Source: a virus (Duplodnaviria > Caudoviricetes). Taken from it: a DNA stretch of 64,000 nucleotides. Location: the IMG/VR virus record IMGVR_UViG_3300025016_000004; one strand, given 5' to 3'. This document shows positions 9,888-20,886 of this stretch, piece by piece; the stretch's first letter is position 1; each line of letters starts with the position of its first letter. Both the position numbers and the translations under genes were made by a program. The notes under the pieces are model-generated. The model saw only the letters and a list, made by a program, of their open reading frames with translations. It was not told the DNA's origin and did not search any database.

Positions 9888-10458
9888 AGAACTTTTAAAG
9901 GAAATAGAAGCGTATTGTGAACTTAACGAATTGGAAGTCCCTAAAACGCTAAATGAGGCACTTAGAAGCGGTTTTACGATACTTAAGTATGGAATGGGTC
10001 CGAATACAGCTAAACCTAAAGAAAGGGTCATAGAGGTCATTAAAGAGGTTATTAAAGAAGTGCCTGTCGAAGTAATAAAAGAGGTTGAAGTCATAAAGGA
10101 GGTTCCAGTTGATAGAATTGTGGAGATTATAAAAGAAATTGAAGTAATAAAGGAAGTGCCAGTTGATAGGGAAGTGATAAAAGAGGTCGCTGTTGATAGA
10201 GAAGTCATAAAAGAAGTCCCAGTAGAAAAAAGTATTAACATTAATGTTGATGGCCATAAAATAAGTTATATGGAATACATTGACCAATTGAATGTTACTA
10301 TAAGTGAATTAGAAGTTAATAAAAAGAAAACATCCAAAGAATTATTGGATATTAATAATAAAGCTGATAACCTTCAAAAAGAATTATCAGACTATAAATC
10401 CAGATTAGATAAATGCCTTAAAGAGAAGGCATCTGGGTTAGATTTATACGGAGAATAA
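9877..10458 (+). CDS. EVIKEVPV-repeat coiled-coil protein
   Basis: About 8 imperfect EVIKEV(P/A)V repeats followed by a heptad-rich tail. Confidence 0.6.
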   Translation: MINKELLKEIEAYCELNELEVPKTLNEALRSGFTILKYGMGPNTAKPKERVIEVIKEVIKEVPVEVIKEVEVIKEVPVDRIVEIIKEIEVIKEVPVDREVIKEVAVDREVIKEVPVEKSININVDGHKISYMEYIDQLNVTISELEVNKKKTSKELLDINNKADNLQKELSDYKSRLDKCLKEKASGLDLYGE

Positions 10459-11033
10459 TGAATAAAAAAATAGTAGTACCAGAGAATGCTAGAGTAAAAG
10501 TTTATTGGGATGATAGGCCTGAGAACTATTCTAGACAAGCTAAATTAAATGTAGGAAATTACTTTAGTAAAAAATATGGGATAAGTAAAAATAACATAAA
10601 TGTAGTTTACAGACCTGTTAAAATTGGTAAAAATGGTGAAGTGATAGAAATTAGCGGTGCTGGAATTGAAAATATTCTAGATAGAAACTATCAACTTGAA
10701 TTAATGAAAGAATGGTTTAAGCGTGAAAAGAAAACCATAGATTTTAACCGTATTATTGATTTAGATAAAAAAGTTAATGACGCACTAGATAATCAAAGTG
10801 AGATTATTAACAATAGGTCTTGGGAATTAAAATGGTTATTCATTGATAATTTCCTATGTTTCGGTGAAAAAAACTTCGTATCATTTGGCAGATTAAAAGG
10901 GCTTAATATTGTAACTTCAGAACCAGCAAATCAAGGTGGTAAATGCTTACGTGGTGATTCTAAAATTAAAATTAATTTTAGTGTTGATAAAATAATAGAA
11001 AAGTTAGGGTTTTTACCAGAAGAATTAAAGTAA
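10458..11033 (+). CDS. sbcC: SbcC/Rad50/gp46 N-terminal fragment + 29-aa N-intein
   Basis: DNFLCFG; partial Walker A ANQGGK followed by CLRGDSKI (10944) and a stop. Confidence 0.85.
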   Translation: MNKKIVVPENARVKVYWDDRPENYSRQAKLNVGNYFSKKYGISKNNINVVYRPVKIGKNGEVIEISGAGIENILDRNYQLELMKEWFKREKKTIDFNRIIDLDKKVNDALDNQSEIINNRSWELKWLFIDNFLCFGEKNFVSFGRLKGLNIVTSEPANQGGKCLRGDSKIKINFSVDKIIEKLGFLPEELK

Positions 11034-11092
11034 TTTAAGCAGCTCTTTACCTTTTTGATTAAATGGTTATATTTATTTATAAATATTTAATC

Positions 11093-12112
11093 ATGGGTAA
11101 AGTTTATAGATTTAATGAAAATGAAATAAAAGATATTATTAAAATGTATGTGGAAGATTTTGAATCAACAAATAATGTCGCTAAAAAATATAAAGTTGAT
11201 AGTAGTGTCATATCTAAAAGATTAATAGATAATAACATTATTTTAGCTAAAGGTTCTGCGTATTCTGAACAATATTGGTTAGATAGGGGTATGGATAAAA
11301 CTGATATTAAAAATCATATTAAAACATTAAGACCAGTAAATAAAGAATATTGGTTAAAGTTAGGTTATACCGAAGAAGAAAGTATATTACAAATAGAAGG
11401 TCAAAAATTGGTTTCAGAAAGAGGTTGTGTTGCTAGGTATGGCAAAATTGAGGGTAAACGTATTTGGAAAGAAAGGGAAGATAAAAGAAGTAAAAATGGT
11501 AAAAAAGGCTCTACAAGTTTAGAATATTGGATTAATAAAGGGTATTCAGAAAAAGAGGCTAAAATTAAGCGAAGTGAAAGGCAAAAAACGTTTTCAAAAA
11601 AAAAATGTATCGAAAAATATGGTAAAAAAGAAGGTTTAATTATTTTTACTGAAAGACAATGTAAATGGCAAAAAACGTTATATAAAAATGGGAAATTAAA
11701 ATCTGGGTATTCGGGTATTTCACAAGAATTATTTTTTGAAATAATTAAATATGTTGATGATACTAAATTATTAAATCAAATATTTTTTGCTGAAAAAGGT
11801 GGTGAGTATGTAATGGATAGTGAATATGGATTTTATAGGTTTGATTATGTAGACACCAAAAATAAAAAAATTGTTGAATATAATGGTGACCAATATCATG
11901 GGAACCCAAATAAATACATTGCTGAAGACACACCGCATCCATTTAGAAAAGATATAACAGCACAAGAAATGTGGGATAATGATAAACGAAAAATAGATTT
12001 GGCTAAAGAAAATGGGTTTGATGTATTAATAATTTGGGACTCGGAATATAGGTTAGGTAATAAACAAGATATAATAAATAAATGTATAAAATTTTTAAAT
12101 TACAATAAATGA
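11093..12112 (+). CDS. Vsr-like (PD-(D/E)xK) homing endonuclease between split-intein halves
   Basis: RFDYVD, VEYNGDQYHGNP, GFDVLIIWDSE; N-terminal HTH and KEYW repeats. Confidence 0.8.
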   Translation: MGKVYRFNENEIKDIIKMYVEDFESTNNVAKKYKVDSSVISKRLIDNNIILAKGSAYSEQYWLDRGMDKTDIKNHIKTLRPVNKEYWLKLGYTEEESILQIEGQKLVSERGCVARYGKIEGKRIWKEREDKRSKNGKKGSTSLEYWINKGYSEKEAKIKRSERQKTFSKKKCIEKYGKKEGLIIFTERQCKWQKTLYKNGKLKSGYSGISQELFFEIIKYVDDTKLLNQIFFAEKGGEYVMDSEYGFYRFDYVDTKNKKIVEYNGDQYHGNPNKYIAEDTPHPFRKDITAQEMWDNDKRKIDLAKENGFDVLIIWDSEYRLGNKQDIINKCIKFLNYNK

Positions 12113-14355
12113 TTAAAGAAATAGAGATAGGTAAATTAAACGATTTATTGAAAAAATACCCACAATTATTACCCAATGATTTCCAAGTTGATACACCATA
12201 TGGTTTTCATGATATTGAATGGTGTGGTATAACTGAGGAAAATGCTGAAGTTTATCGATGTGAATTAGAGGATGGTAAATATGTTGAAGGGGCTGATTAT
12301 CATAGATTAAAAAAAGAAGATGGTAAATTTACAACATTAAAGGGTATTGAAGTTGGAACTCCAATACAAATAATTGGGGGTAAAACATCTAATGTTAAAT
12401 CCATTGAATTATTAGAAAAACGTGATACCTTATATGATATTCAAGTAGCAAAAGTTCAACAATATTATTCAAATGATATGGTATCACATAACACAACTTT
12501 CAGTGTTGACGCCATTAAATTTTTATTATTTGGTAGAACTACAAAGACTGATAAAAATGAGCAAATATTTAACACTTACACTGATAAAAATACGTTGGTA
12601 GTAAGAGGTATGTTTGAAATTGAAGGTCAAGAAACTATTATTGAACGTAAATTAAGTCGTAGTGCTAAAAAATCTGGTGGTTGGACTGTAGTTAATAAAG
12701 TTAATTATTATAAACTACTCCCTGATGGTGAAGAGGTTTTATTAAATGATGAAGATTCCAAAAAAACAAGTGAAGTAATAAAAGATAATATTGGTGATGA
12801 AACTGATTTTGATATCACTATATTAGCTACCGCTAGAAACTTAGAAGATTTAGTTGATGCCAAACCAACTGAAAGTGGTAGGTTGTTAACTAAATTTATT
12901 GGGTTAGAAGTTATTGAAAATAAAGAAATCATTGCCAAACAAATGAATTCAGATTTTAATAAGACTAAAAAGGGTAATCACTATAACGTAGTTTCCCTAT
13001 TAACGGATAACACAACCAATGAAGAAAATATTAAATTATATTCTGACCATTTAAAAACCCATAAAGAAAATCTATCAGTTGTTGAAAGTACGATAGGTAA
13101 ATTAGATAATGAGAAAGACCGTTTATTAAATAGTAAATTAAAAGTTGATGTTGAAATTTCTCAGTTAAATCCAGAAACGATTCAAACAGAAATTGACCGT
13201 ATAACAGATAGGGGTTTAGAGTTTAAAGAAAGAATCAAAGAATATGAAGCTAAAATCAAAGAAATTGCAAATATTTCATATGATGAATATTTATACGATG
13301 AATTAGAGAAGAAAAGTAGAGATTTAACAATTAAGATTGGTGGGTTAGAAAATGATGTAGTACAATTTGGTAAGGTTATTGCTGATTTAGAGAATAGCGA
13401 AATTTGTCAAGCCTGTAAACGGCCATTAGATGATGTAGATAATTCACAATCAATAGCTGATTATAAAGCAAAGATTGGTAGTACTAGAGTCTCAATTGAA
13501 GCGTTAAAAATAGATTTGGCTGAAATCGATGGTTCTATATCTAAAATGAAGGAAAATAGAGAAATCGTAGATAGAAGAAATAGATTAGAACTGGAGAAAG
13601 ATAAGGCTGAAGTTGAGATTGGTTCTTTAAGAAATAAAATGATGGATAAGAAAGCCGATTTGAAAAAATACAAGGCTAATGAAGAAGCTATCAAAACCAA
13701 TATTAATATTGAGGCTGACATATCGGCAGTAAAAACCAACTTAATTGTTGAGAATAGACAAAAAGATGATGTAAATCAAAAAATTTATTCTACACAAACA
13801 GCAATTACAGCGGCTGAACAACAAATCATCATGAATGATAAGATGATTAAAACACTTAAGAAAGAAGAAGAAATTGAAAAGGTGTTTAAAGTTTATCTAG
13901 AGATGGTTGGTAAAAAAGGTATTAGTAAATTAGTCTTAAGGTCAGTTTTACCAATTATCAATTCGGAATTACATAGATTATTAGATGAAGTTTGTGATTT
14001 TGAAATTGAATTAGTTATAAATAGTAGAAATGAGGTTGAATATAATCTAATAAAAAGTGATGTGATTAAATCACTTAAATCTGGTAGTGGTTTAGAAAGA
14101 ACTATAGCTAGTTTAGCATTAAGATGTGTATTAGGTAAGATATCACATTTACCAACACCAAATTTTATTACGTTTGATGAAGTGTTGGGTAAAGTTGCCG
14201 CAGTTAATATAGAAGCGTTAAAACCTATGTTTGAGAAAATTACGGACATGTTTGATATAGTATTTTTCATATCACACAATGATTTAGTTAGAGATTGGGG
14301 TGATAATGTGATAACAATTAAGAAAGTTAACGACATTTCATCGATTAAAGTATAA
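12109..14355 (+). CDS. sbcC: 128-aa C-intein + SbcC/Rad50 C-terminal part
   Basis: LYDIQV...VSHN|TTFS at 12492/12493; coiled coil, CQAC hook, SGSGLE signature, ITFDEV Walker B, FFISH. Confidence 0.9.
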   Translation: MIKEIEIGKLNDLLKKYPQLLPNDFQVDTPYGFHDIEWCGITEENAEVYRCELEDGKYVEGADYHRLKKEDGKFTTLKGIEVGTPIQIIGGKTSNVKSIELLEKRDTLYDIQVAKVQQYYSNDMVSHNTTFSVDAIKFLLFGRTTKTDKNEQIFNTYTDKNTLVVRGMFEIEGQETIIERKLSRSAKKSGGWTVVNKVNYYKLLPDGEEVLLNDEDSKKTSEVIKDNIGDETDFDITILATARNLEDLVDAKPTESGRLLTKFIGLEVIENKEIIAKQMNSDFNKTKKGNHYNVVSLLTDNTTNEENIKLYSDHLKTHKENLSVVESTIGKLDNEKDRLLNSKLKVDVEISQLNPETIQTEIDRITDRGLEFKERIKEYEAKIKEIANISYDEYLYDELEKKSRDLTIKIGGLENDVVQFGKVIADLENSEICQACKRPLDDVDNSQSIADYKAKIGSTRVSIEALKIDLAEIDGSISKMKENREIVDRRNRLELEKDKAEVEIGSLRNKMMDKKADLKKYKANEEAIKTNINIEADISAVKTNLIVENRQKDDVNQKIYSTQTAITAAEQQIIMNDKMIKTLKKEEEIEKVFKVYLEMVGKKGISKLVLRSVLPIINSELHRLLDEVCDFEIELVINSRNEVEYNLIKSDVIKSLKSGSGLERTIASLALRCVLGKISHLPTPNFITFDEVLGKVAAVNIEALKPMFEKITDMFDIVFFISHNDLVRDWGDNVITIKKVNDISSIKV

Positions 14356-14404
14356 AAAACTTGTTTTACCAGGTAAATTATAGTATAATTGCACAAAAAA
14401 TTAA

Positions 14405-14890
14405 ATGAACGATAGAAAATATTGTATAGTGGTTTTAGATAACACGGCTGGTGTTGAAAAGGATTTGGGGTTAATAATCTCTAATCCTATTAATATTGTT
14501 AATAGTCAAAGTGAAACTGTTGCGATAGCTACATTTGAATCACCTTTAAGTCCAGCTAGGATTAAGAAGGCTTTGAATGTGGGTAATCGTAGAAGTTTCT
14601 TTGTGTTTGAGTTAAACGCTAAAACATGCTCAGCGCATGTTGACGAAGAAGACTTACATGTGTTTTTGTTTAGGGATTTGGATATTGAATCAGAGATAGT
14701 TATCGAAGATGAAAATAGGGAATTCCTTGAGGAATATAAAGTTGCCAATTTACCGTTTAAATACGATGAAGAAGCTTTATTAGCTCTAAACGAGGAAGAA
14801 AGAGAATTGTTGATAGATAAACTATTAAGTAATGCAAGAAACCTCACGAATAACCAAAAGAAGACTTTAAGTTTTCTAGCGAGTTTATAA
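14405..14890 (+). CDS. Hypothetical protein
   Basis: 161-aa ORF after a promoter-like tagtataattgc. Confidence 0.6.
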   Translation: MNDRKYCIVVLDNTAGVEKDLGLIISNPINIVNSQSETVAIATFESPLSPARIKKALNVGNRRSFFVFELNAKTCSAHVDEEDLHVFLFRDLDIESEIVIEDENREFLEEYKVANLPFKYDEEALLALNEEERELLIDKLLSNARNLTNNQKKTLSFLASL

Positions 14891-14897
14891 ATGAGTA

Positions 14898-15707
14898 ATG
14901 AAAGAACACATAATAACGGATAGGAGTGATACGCTTACTAAATATTTTAAAGATATAAATAAATCAGATTTATTAACAGTTGAAGAAGAAACCAACATAG
15001 CTAATAGAATTCAAAATGGTGATAAAGAAGCTATTGATGAATTAGTTAAAGCAAATTTAAAATTTGTAATTAGTGTGGCTAAAGAATTTCAAGGGTTAGG
15101 ATTACCGCTACCAGATTTGATTAGTGAAGGTAATTTAGGTTTAATGAAAGCTTCAACTAGATTTGACCCTACTAGGGGGTTTAGATTTATATCTTATGCT
15201 GTATATTGGATTAAACAATCCATAATGCAAAGCTTGAATGAAAATTCAAGAATGATTAGATTACCAGCTAATATTATCCATAAAATAGGTCAATTAAATA
15301 AAAAAACATCTGAAGAATTTTCAAAAGAAAAAGCTGAGGACGAAGAAACCGTATATCCAACTTGCGTATCATTAAACACAACATTAAATTCACAAATGGG
15401 TGAATCTTTTAGTACTGAGTTAAGTGATATGATAATTGATGATAGCGTTGATAAATTAGATGTTTTAGAACATGAAACTGAAAGATTAAAACGAGCCGTT
15501 AATAATACACTTAATTGTTTAGATGAACGTGAGCGTGGTATTATTGAATGTTACTTCGGGTTAAATACGCATTGTGAACCAATGACATTAGAAGCTATTG
15601 GTGATAGATATGATTTAACCAAAGAGAGAATTAGACAGATTAAAGAAAAGGCTATTAGACGCTTAAGACATAACAACATGGAGTTGTATTCTTTGATTAA
15701 TTCATAA
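14898..15707 (+). CDS. Sigma70-family factor resembling Bacteroidota RpoD/SigA
   Basis: ANLKFVISVAK, DLISEGNLGL, RFISYAVYWIKQ, TLEAIG...TKERIRQI. Confidence 0.9.
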   Translation: MKEHIITDRSDTLTKYFKDINKSDLLTVEEETNIANRIQNGDKEAIDELVKANLKFVISVAKEFQGLGLPLPDLISEGNLGLMKASTRFDPTRGFRFISYAVYWIKQSIMQSLNENSRMIRLPANIIHKIGQLNKKTSEEFSKEKAEDEETVYPTCVSLNTTLNSQMGESFSTELSDMIIDDSVDKLDVLEHETERLKRAVNNTLNCLDERERGIIECYFGLNTHCEPMTLEAIGDRYDLTKERIRQIKEKAIRRLRHNNMELYSLINS

Positions 15708-15735
15708 ACTACCATATTTATATAAAAATAAAATT

Positions 15736-16998
15736 ATGAAAATACATTTTGGATATTTAGTGGGGTTAGCAGCATTAGCAATAGGTGGTTGTGCGGCTTT
15801 TTTCTCAGTTTATGGAATAAGTCAATTATTTGCTGGGGCTTTTACAGCTGTAGTAATAATGGCATCGTCATTAGAATTTGGGAAACTAGTATTAGCTAGT
15901 CACCTACAAAGATATTGGAAAAAGATAAATAAGATAAGACGAACTTACCTATCAACTTTAGTTATATTTCTTATGATAATAACTTCAGCTGGTATTTACG
16001 GATTACTATCATCAGCATATCAAAAAACATACACGAGTTATACAATAATGGATAATGAGGTTTCTTTTTTAAAGCAAAAAGAAGAATTCTTTCAATCAGA
16101 TATAGATAGATACGAAAAAGATATAGCTCAAATAAATGATAATATTGGTACTCTTTCAGGGGCTAAAGTATCTAGTTTACAATATAAGGATAAACAAAGT
16201 GGTGAAATTATAAACTCAATATCAACAACAGAGCTTAGGGTTGCTCAAGCTAGAATAGCTACAGAAGAAGCTAACAAAAAAGAATTAGAAGCTAAGCGAA
16301 TTGTAGCGATTGATAGCCTTAATACATATAAAACTAAAATATTAATTTTACAGAATAATACAGATATTTCTGGTGAATTAGGGCCATTGATTTATTTAAA
16401 AGATTTAACAGGTTTACCTATGGATAAGGTTGTTAATTTTTTCATAATTTTATTGGTATTTGTATTTGACCCATTAGCAATTATGCTAGTGTTAGAAGCT
16501 AATAGAATATTTGAAGATAAACGAAATGAACGTGAAGGAAAAGAAAATAAACCTTCCGATACCATTACTTTGTCAACTGGCGAAGTTTTTGATGTTGTTA
16601 AAAAAAATGACGCTGTAAATGACGCTGTAAAGCAAGAACCTAAAGTAAGTATGTTGAGTAGTATGAGTAATTTATTTTCAAGAAAAGCAAAGGCACCTGA
16701 ACCAGAAGTAAATGTTGAATCAGAAGTGAGGATTGAACCACCTAAAACGGTTGCAACACCAATCGGTGCTCGCACTGTTTTACAAAGTGGTTTTAGTACT
16801 GCAATTCCTGAACCTAAAATTACAGAGGCTGAGTCAGCACCTGAACCTGAGCCAGCATCACAACCTAAACCAGAAGTAGCTAAAACCCAAATAACTTCAG
16901 TTAAGCCAGATGGAATTAGTGATGAAGATATAAATAAGATTAGACAAAACCAAAATAGGAATTTTAGTAGAAGTATTCCAGCAAGACGTGGATATTAA
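15736..16998 (+). CDS. Membrane-anchored coiled-coil protein with a P/E-rich tail
   Basis: N-terminal TM segments, ELGPLIY, FDPLAI. Confidence 0.55.
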   Translation: MKIHFGYLVGLAALAIGGCAAFFSVYGISQLFAGAFTAVVIMASSLEFGKLVLASHLQRYWKKINKIRRTYLSTLVIFLMIITSAGIYGLLSSAYQKTYTSYTIMDNEVSFLKQKEEFFQSDIDRYEKDIAQINDNIGTLSGAKVSSLQYKDKQSGEIINSISTTELRVAQARIATEEANKKELEAKRIVAIDSLNTYKTKILILQNNTDISGELGPLIYLKDLTGLPMDKVVNFFIILLVFVFDPLAIMLVLEANRIFEDKRNEREGKENKPSDTITLSTGEVFDVVKKNDAVNDAVKQEPKVSMLSSMSNLFSRKAKAPEPEVNVESEVRIEPPKTVATPIGARTVLQSGFSTAIPEPKITEAESAPEPEPASQPKPEVAKTQITSVKPDGISDEDINKIRQNQNRNFSRSIPARRGY

Positions 16999-17593
16999 TA
17001 AAGAATATAGGTTAAAAGAGACTTCTTATTTTAAACAAAAATTTAGGAAAACCCAAATTGTGATTGGTAATACATCCAATAAGGGTATGACCCATTTTGA
17101 TATTTGGAATAGAAAAATAAGTGGTAAATATAAAGGTACTAGTCCATATACAATAGGGTTAAATGGTATTGTATATGAACATTATGACCCAATTTATTAT
17201 TCTTCATTCGTAAAAGATACAAATCTTGATAAAAAGATAATTTCCATTGTTTTAGAGAACGAAGGTTGGGTAACCAAGGATTTTAATAAAAAAAAGTATA
17301 TTATGTGGGATGGGGATATTTATAATAGGATGGACCCATTAGTTGAACGTAAATGGAGAGGTAAATTACGATGGGCACCATATTCTGAAAAACAATTGGA
17401 CAGTTTAGTATTATTATGTAATAAACTTACAGATGATTTTAAAATTCCGAAGGTTGTTTCTTCAGATAATATAATAATAAATGAAATTACATCTAAAGAT
17501 GGTATATTTTATCGAGGTAATTACTCTAAAAATTTTTTAGACGTATCACCCGCATTTGATTTTAATTACTTAAAGACCAAAATAGAAGAATAA
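16988..17593 (+). CDS. Amidase_2-like protein, Zn ligands apparently lost
   Basis: IVLENEG, YSEKQLDSLVLLC, DVSPAFDF; IVIGNT in place of HHT. Confidence 0.5.
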   Translation: MDINKEYRLKETSYFKQKFRKTQIVIGNTSNKGMTHFDIWNRKISGKYKGTSPYTIGLNGIVYEHYDPIYYSSFVKDTNLDKKIISIVLENEGWVTKDFNKKKYIMWDGDIYNRMDPLVERKWRGKLRWAPYSEKQLDSLVLLCNKLTDDFKIPKVVSSDNIIINEITSKDGIFYRGNYSKNFLDVSPAFDFNYLKTKIEE

Positions 17594-18042
17594 TGGAAAG
17601 ATTAGACGAACAAGATATCACTAAAAAAATGTTATCTACAATTAGAAAGAGAACTCTAATAAATGAAGCGAATAATTCAAATGCTGATGAAGAAGAATTA
17701 ACTTCAGCTGAATTAAGTGAGCAACAAACCAATTTTAGGGATACTGTATCACCTAGAGTTAATTTTACAGGATTCAAAGTATATCCTAAGAATAAAAATG
17801 TAGTATTTTCAGGTAAATTTGAAAATATGGGTGGTTTAGAATGGGAATTCACATTAGAAGATACCAACGGGCTATACATTACAGCCAATAACGTACCATT
17901 CAGCGATGATACGATAGAAATGATTAAAAAACTTAAAGGTTTCTATGATAATTGGGCTGATGAATGGGCGCAAAAATTAGCTACCGAATATAATAGAGGT
18001 TCTGAAAGTGATGAACAAGTTCAAGAACCAGACGCAGTATAA
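17593..18042 (+). CDS. Hypothetical, probably virion protein
   Basis: LINE motif after a basic N-terminus; in a structural cluster. Confidence 0.45.
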   Translation: MERLDEQDITKKMLSTIRKRTLINEANNSNADEEELTSAELSEQQTNFRDTVSPRVNFTGFKVYPKNKNVVFSGKFENMGGLEWEFTLEDTNGLYITANNVPFSDDTIEMIKKLKGFYDNWADEWAQKLATEYNRGSESDEQVQEPDAV

Positions 18043-18047
18043 AAATT

Positions 18048-18821
18048 ATGGAAAAGTTTTTTAATTCGAAAATAGTAAGTACTATATTAATTGTAGTGGT
18101 GGTATTTTTTTTAGTAAGCTGGGCTATAAATAAATATTTAGACCTTAAAGCGGATTTGAGAATTGCAAAACAAAATGAGTCAGCATTAAAAGATAGTATT
18201 AGGGTTACCACAAATAAAATAGGTGATTTAGAATATTCTAAACAAATATTAGTGGCCAAAAATGCCAGTGACTTAAAAGCGTTAAATGGTGAATTAGCTA
18301 GTTTAGCTAGAAATTTTACAGGTAAAATTCATGAGTTAAGTAATTTAGTGGCAACTATTAAAGGAGATACAATAATAGTTGATAACACTTCATTGGTTAA
18401 TTTACCTGGGAATACAAGTGGTTTTAAATGGGGTTATAGTGAAACATTTGATAGTGAGAACTCTAGAATGCTTGCTGGTATTACAAGATTTAAATATGAT
18501 TCAATCACTAACTTTATACAACCATTAGAAACAACTATAACAACAGACGACATTAAATTTAATATTACACAAGGTCTTAGAACTACAAAAGATGGAAAGG
18601 TAGAAATGTTTGCATCATCTAGATATCCTAATTTTGGGGCTTCAGAACTTAACTCAGTTATTATAAGTCCATCAACACACCCAGCATTAAAGCAATTTAC
18701 TAGAGAAAAAAGGTTTAAATTAGGGTTTTATGCTGGATATGGTGCGACAATTAATTTATCAACTTCTAGTGTAACAACTGGTCCGCAAATAGGGGCTGGT
18801 GCTACATACTCTTTATGGTAA
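18048..18821 (+). CDS. Spanin-like membrane protein
   Basis: N-terminal TM, coiled coil, C-terminal beta-hairpin ending in W. Confidence 0.4.
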   Translation: MEKFFNSKIVSTILIVVVVFFLVSWAINKYLDLKADLRIAKQNESALKDSIRVTTNKIGDLEYSKQILVAKNASDLKALNGELASLARNFTGKIHELSNLVATIKGDTIIVDNTSLVNLPGNTSGFKWGYSETFDSENSRMLAGITRFKYDSITNFIQPLETTITTDDIKFNITQGLRTTKDGKVEMFASSRYPNFGASELNSVIISPSTHPALKQFTREKRFKLGFYAGYGATINLSTSSVTTGPQIGAGATYSLW

Positions 18822-18847
18822 TAATTAATTTATTGGCAAAACATTAA

Positions 18848-18872
18848 AAAAACCCTCATACGAGGGTTTTTC
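18848..18872 (+). terminator. Intrinsic terminator
   Basis: aaaaccctc-atac-gagggttttt. Confidence 0.75.
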
Positions 18873-18931
18873 TTATTATTTTCACTATTTATATAGTAAA
18901 GATATAAAGTAATTACATAATAAATCGATTT

Positions 18932-20851
18932 ATGCAAAAAATAAGATTAACAGAAAGGCAACTCCTTATGCTTCAAAAACTTCAAGAGGATAAACCTAAA
19001 AATAGGGTTCTTAAAATCAATGAAAACCAATACAATAGGTTATTCAAAAGCGCATTCAATATAAATGATAAAGTAAGTAAAGGTGTTGATAAAGCTGGTT
19101 TAGATGAAGGGCCAAAAAAAGAAGTAGATTTGTCTAAATTTGCTCAAGAACTTATTGTATTCATCAAAGATATGTTATCTAGACCTGAAACAGCACCATT
19201 CTCTAAATATTGGTTGGAATTAGGGTTATCTAAGGATAAATTAATAAAAATGCTAGAAGATGAAGGTTTATTAACAATGACATTGGATGAAACTGATGGG
19301 GTTAATAAATATGTTAGTGAAAAACAAGGATTTAGAAGGAAAGTGAAAGAGTGTTACAAAAAAATAAACGAATTGGGTGATGCTGGATATCCAGCGGGGG
19401 CTGAATTTGATTCAAGCGCACCATGGAATCAAGAAGACCCTGAACCAGAAGCTGAAGTGGAGCAAGGTATAAAAGCCAATAAGGAAATTGTTAAACTTAT
19501 TTATTATAGTGAGGACATGGATGGGTTATGTATCTTTAAAAAAGGTAACGATTTATTTGTAGTGACTTTAGAATCAATAATTACATTTAAAGGTGAAAAA
19601 TTAAAACCATATTTAGATGGTGACCAAACATTTGAAACTGCTGATGGTGAAACCGCTAATAATTATATAAATGATAAATTAGCGCATAAACAAATTAAAG
19701 CGTTTAGTAAGAATGCACCAGAAGGTGAGCTTGCTTTGGTAACTCCAGAACTTAAACAAAAATTAATAGGGTGGTATGGTGAAGATAAAACTTTAGTTGG
19801 TATATTAAATGGTGTTAAAGAAACTACAGGTGCAGCTTCTAGTGGTGCTTATGTTGGTGCCGCATCAATGGGCCCTATTAAAAAAGATATGGGAAATAGC
19901 CCTGAAAAAGTTATGGGTGAGTTAATTAATGATGGAGTTGATGCTTCAGGTATTGCTGAATATCATTCACAAAGAAGCGGTGAAGAACCATTTGTAATTG
20001 ATGATATTAAATGGGAGTATGTAAACGTAATTAATGATGGTAAGGTTGAACTTGGCGTATATAGATTTGGTCAAGATATATGTTATACATTTGATTGGTT
20101 TGATAAGAATGTTTTACATTCAATGGATGAAACCACTTCAACTGTTAGTGTTGGTGGCGATAGCGGAACTTTCGCATATGATGCGCCAGCTGGTGATGGG
20201 GCTGATTTCTGGACTGCTGGAAATAAAGAAAATAAAAAAGGGAGTAAAAACCCTAAAGGTATGCCAATTGTTAAAGGTGCTATCTTCACTGAAAACATTA
20301 TTAAAGTAGGTCAAGTGTATAAAAATGGTATTGCTAGAAGAAAGGTAATAGATATTAAAAACTCTAATAACCCTTTATCTAAAAAAATCATAGTTGTTAA
20401 GCAATGGGGTGATAAACCATCACAAACCTTCAATATAGACCCTAAAGAATGGGGACATTGGGAGTTAATACATGAAAATAAAAAAAAAGTGTTAAAAATA
20501 ACGGAAGCTCAATTAAAAAGACTTCTAGAAGCAAATAATCAAACTTCAACCGCATATCCTAATGGTGAAATGGTTGATATAGATGATTGCACTAAATTAA
20601 ACAATAATAAAGTGGCACAAAATGGCGGGTGCAGTCAAGGGGCTGTAGATAATGTTGTTAAAACAACTAAAACAAAAGATTCAGTAGTTTCAGAAGGATT
20701 TAACCCTAATGTTGGTGCTGGAAGTGTTTATGCAATAGAAGTTAAACCTCATGGAGCTAGAATATTTTTGCAACAAGATAACGGACAAGTTGTCGTTACA
20801 CATCATGATGATATCCCAGAGTTAATAAAAGCTTTAAAAAGCGTATATTAA
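18932..20851 (+). CDS. Large head-associated modular protein
   Basis: Repeated (I/L)TExQL and xxETT motifs separating modules; ATATTTAT-like motif upstream. Confidence 0.45.
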   Translation: MQKIRLTERQLLMLQKLQEDKPKNRVLKINENQYNRLFKSAFNINDKVSKGVDKAGLDEGPKKEVDLSKFAQELIVFIKDMLSRPETAPFSKYWLELGLSKDKLIKMLEDEGLLTMTLDETDGVNKYVSEKQGFRRKVKECYKKINELGDAGYPAGAEFDSSAPWNQEDPEPEAEVEQGIKANKEIVKLIYYSEDMDGLCIFKKGNDLFVVTLESIITFKGEKLKPYLDGDQTFETADGETANNYINDKLAHKQIKAFSKNAPEGELALVTPELKQKLIGWYGEDKTLVGILNGVKETTGAASSGAYVGAASMGPIKKDMGNSPEKVMGELINDGVDASGIAEYHSQRSGEEPFVIDDIKWEYVNVINDGKVELGVYRFGQDICYTFDWFDKNVLHSMDETTSTVSVGGDSGTFAYDAPAGDGADFWTAGNKENKKGSKNPKGMPIVKGAIFTENIIKVGQVYKNGIARRKVIDIKNSNNPLSKKIIVVKQWGDKPSQTFNIDPKEWGHWELIHENKKKVLKITEAQLKRLLEANNQTSTAYPNGEMVDIDDCTKLNNNKVAQNGGCSQGAVDNVVKTTKTKDSVVSEGFNPNVGAGSVYAIEVKPHGARIFLQQDNGQVVVTHHDDIPELIKALKSVY

Positions 20852-20886
20852 TGAATAACTGTATATTTATATAAAAGACTAATACA

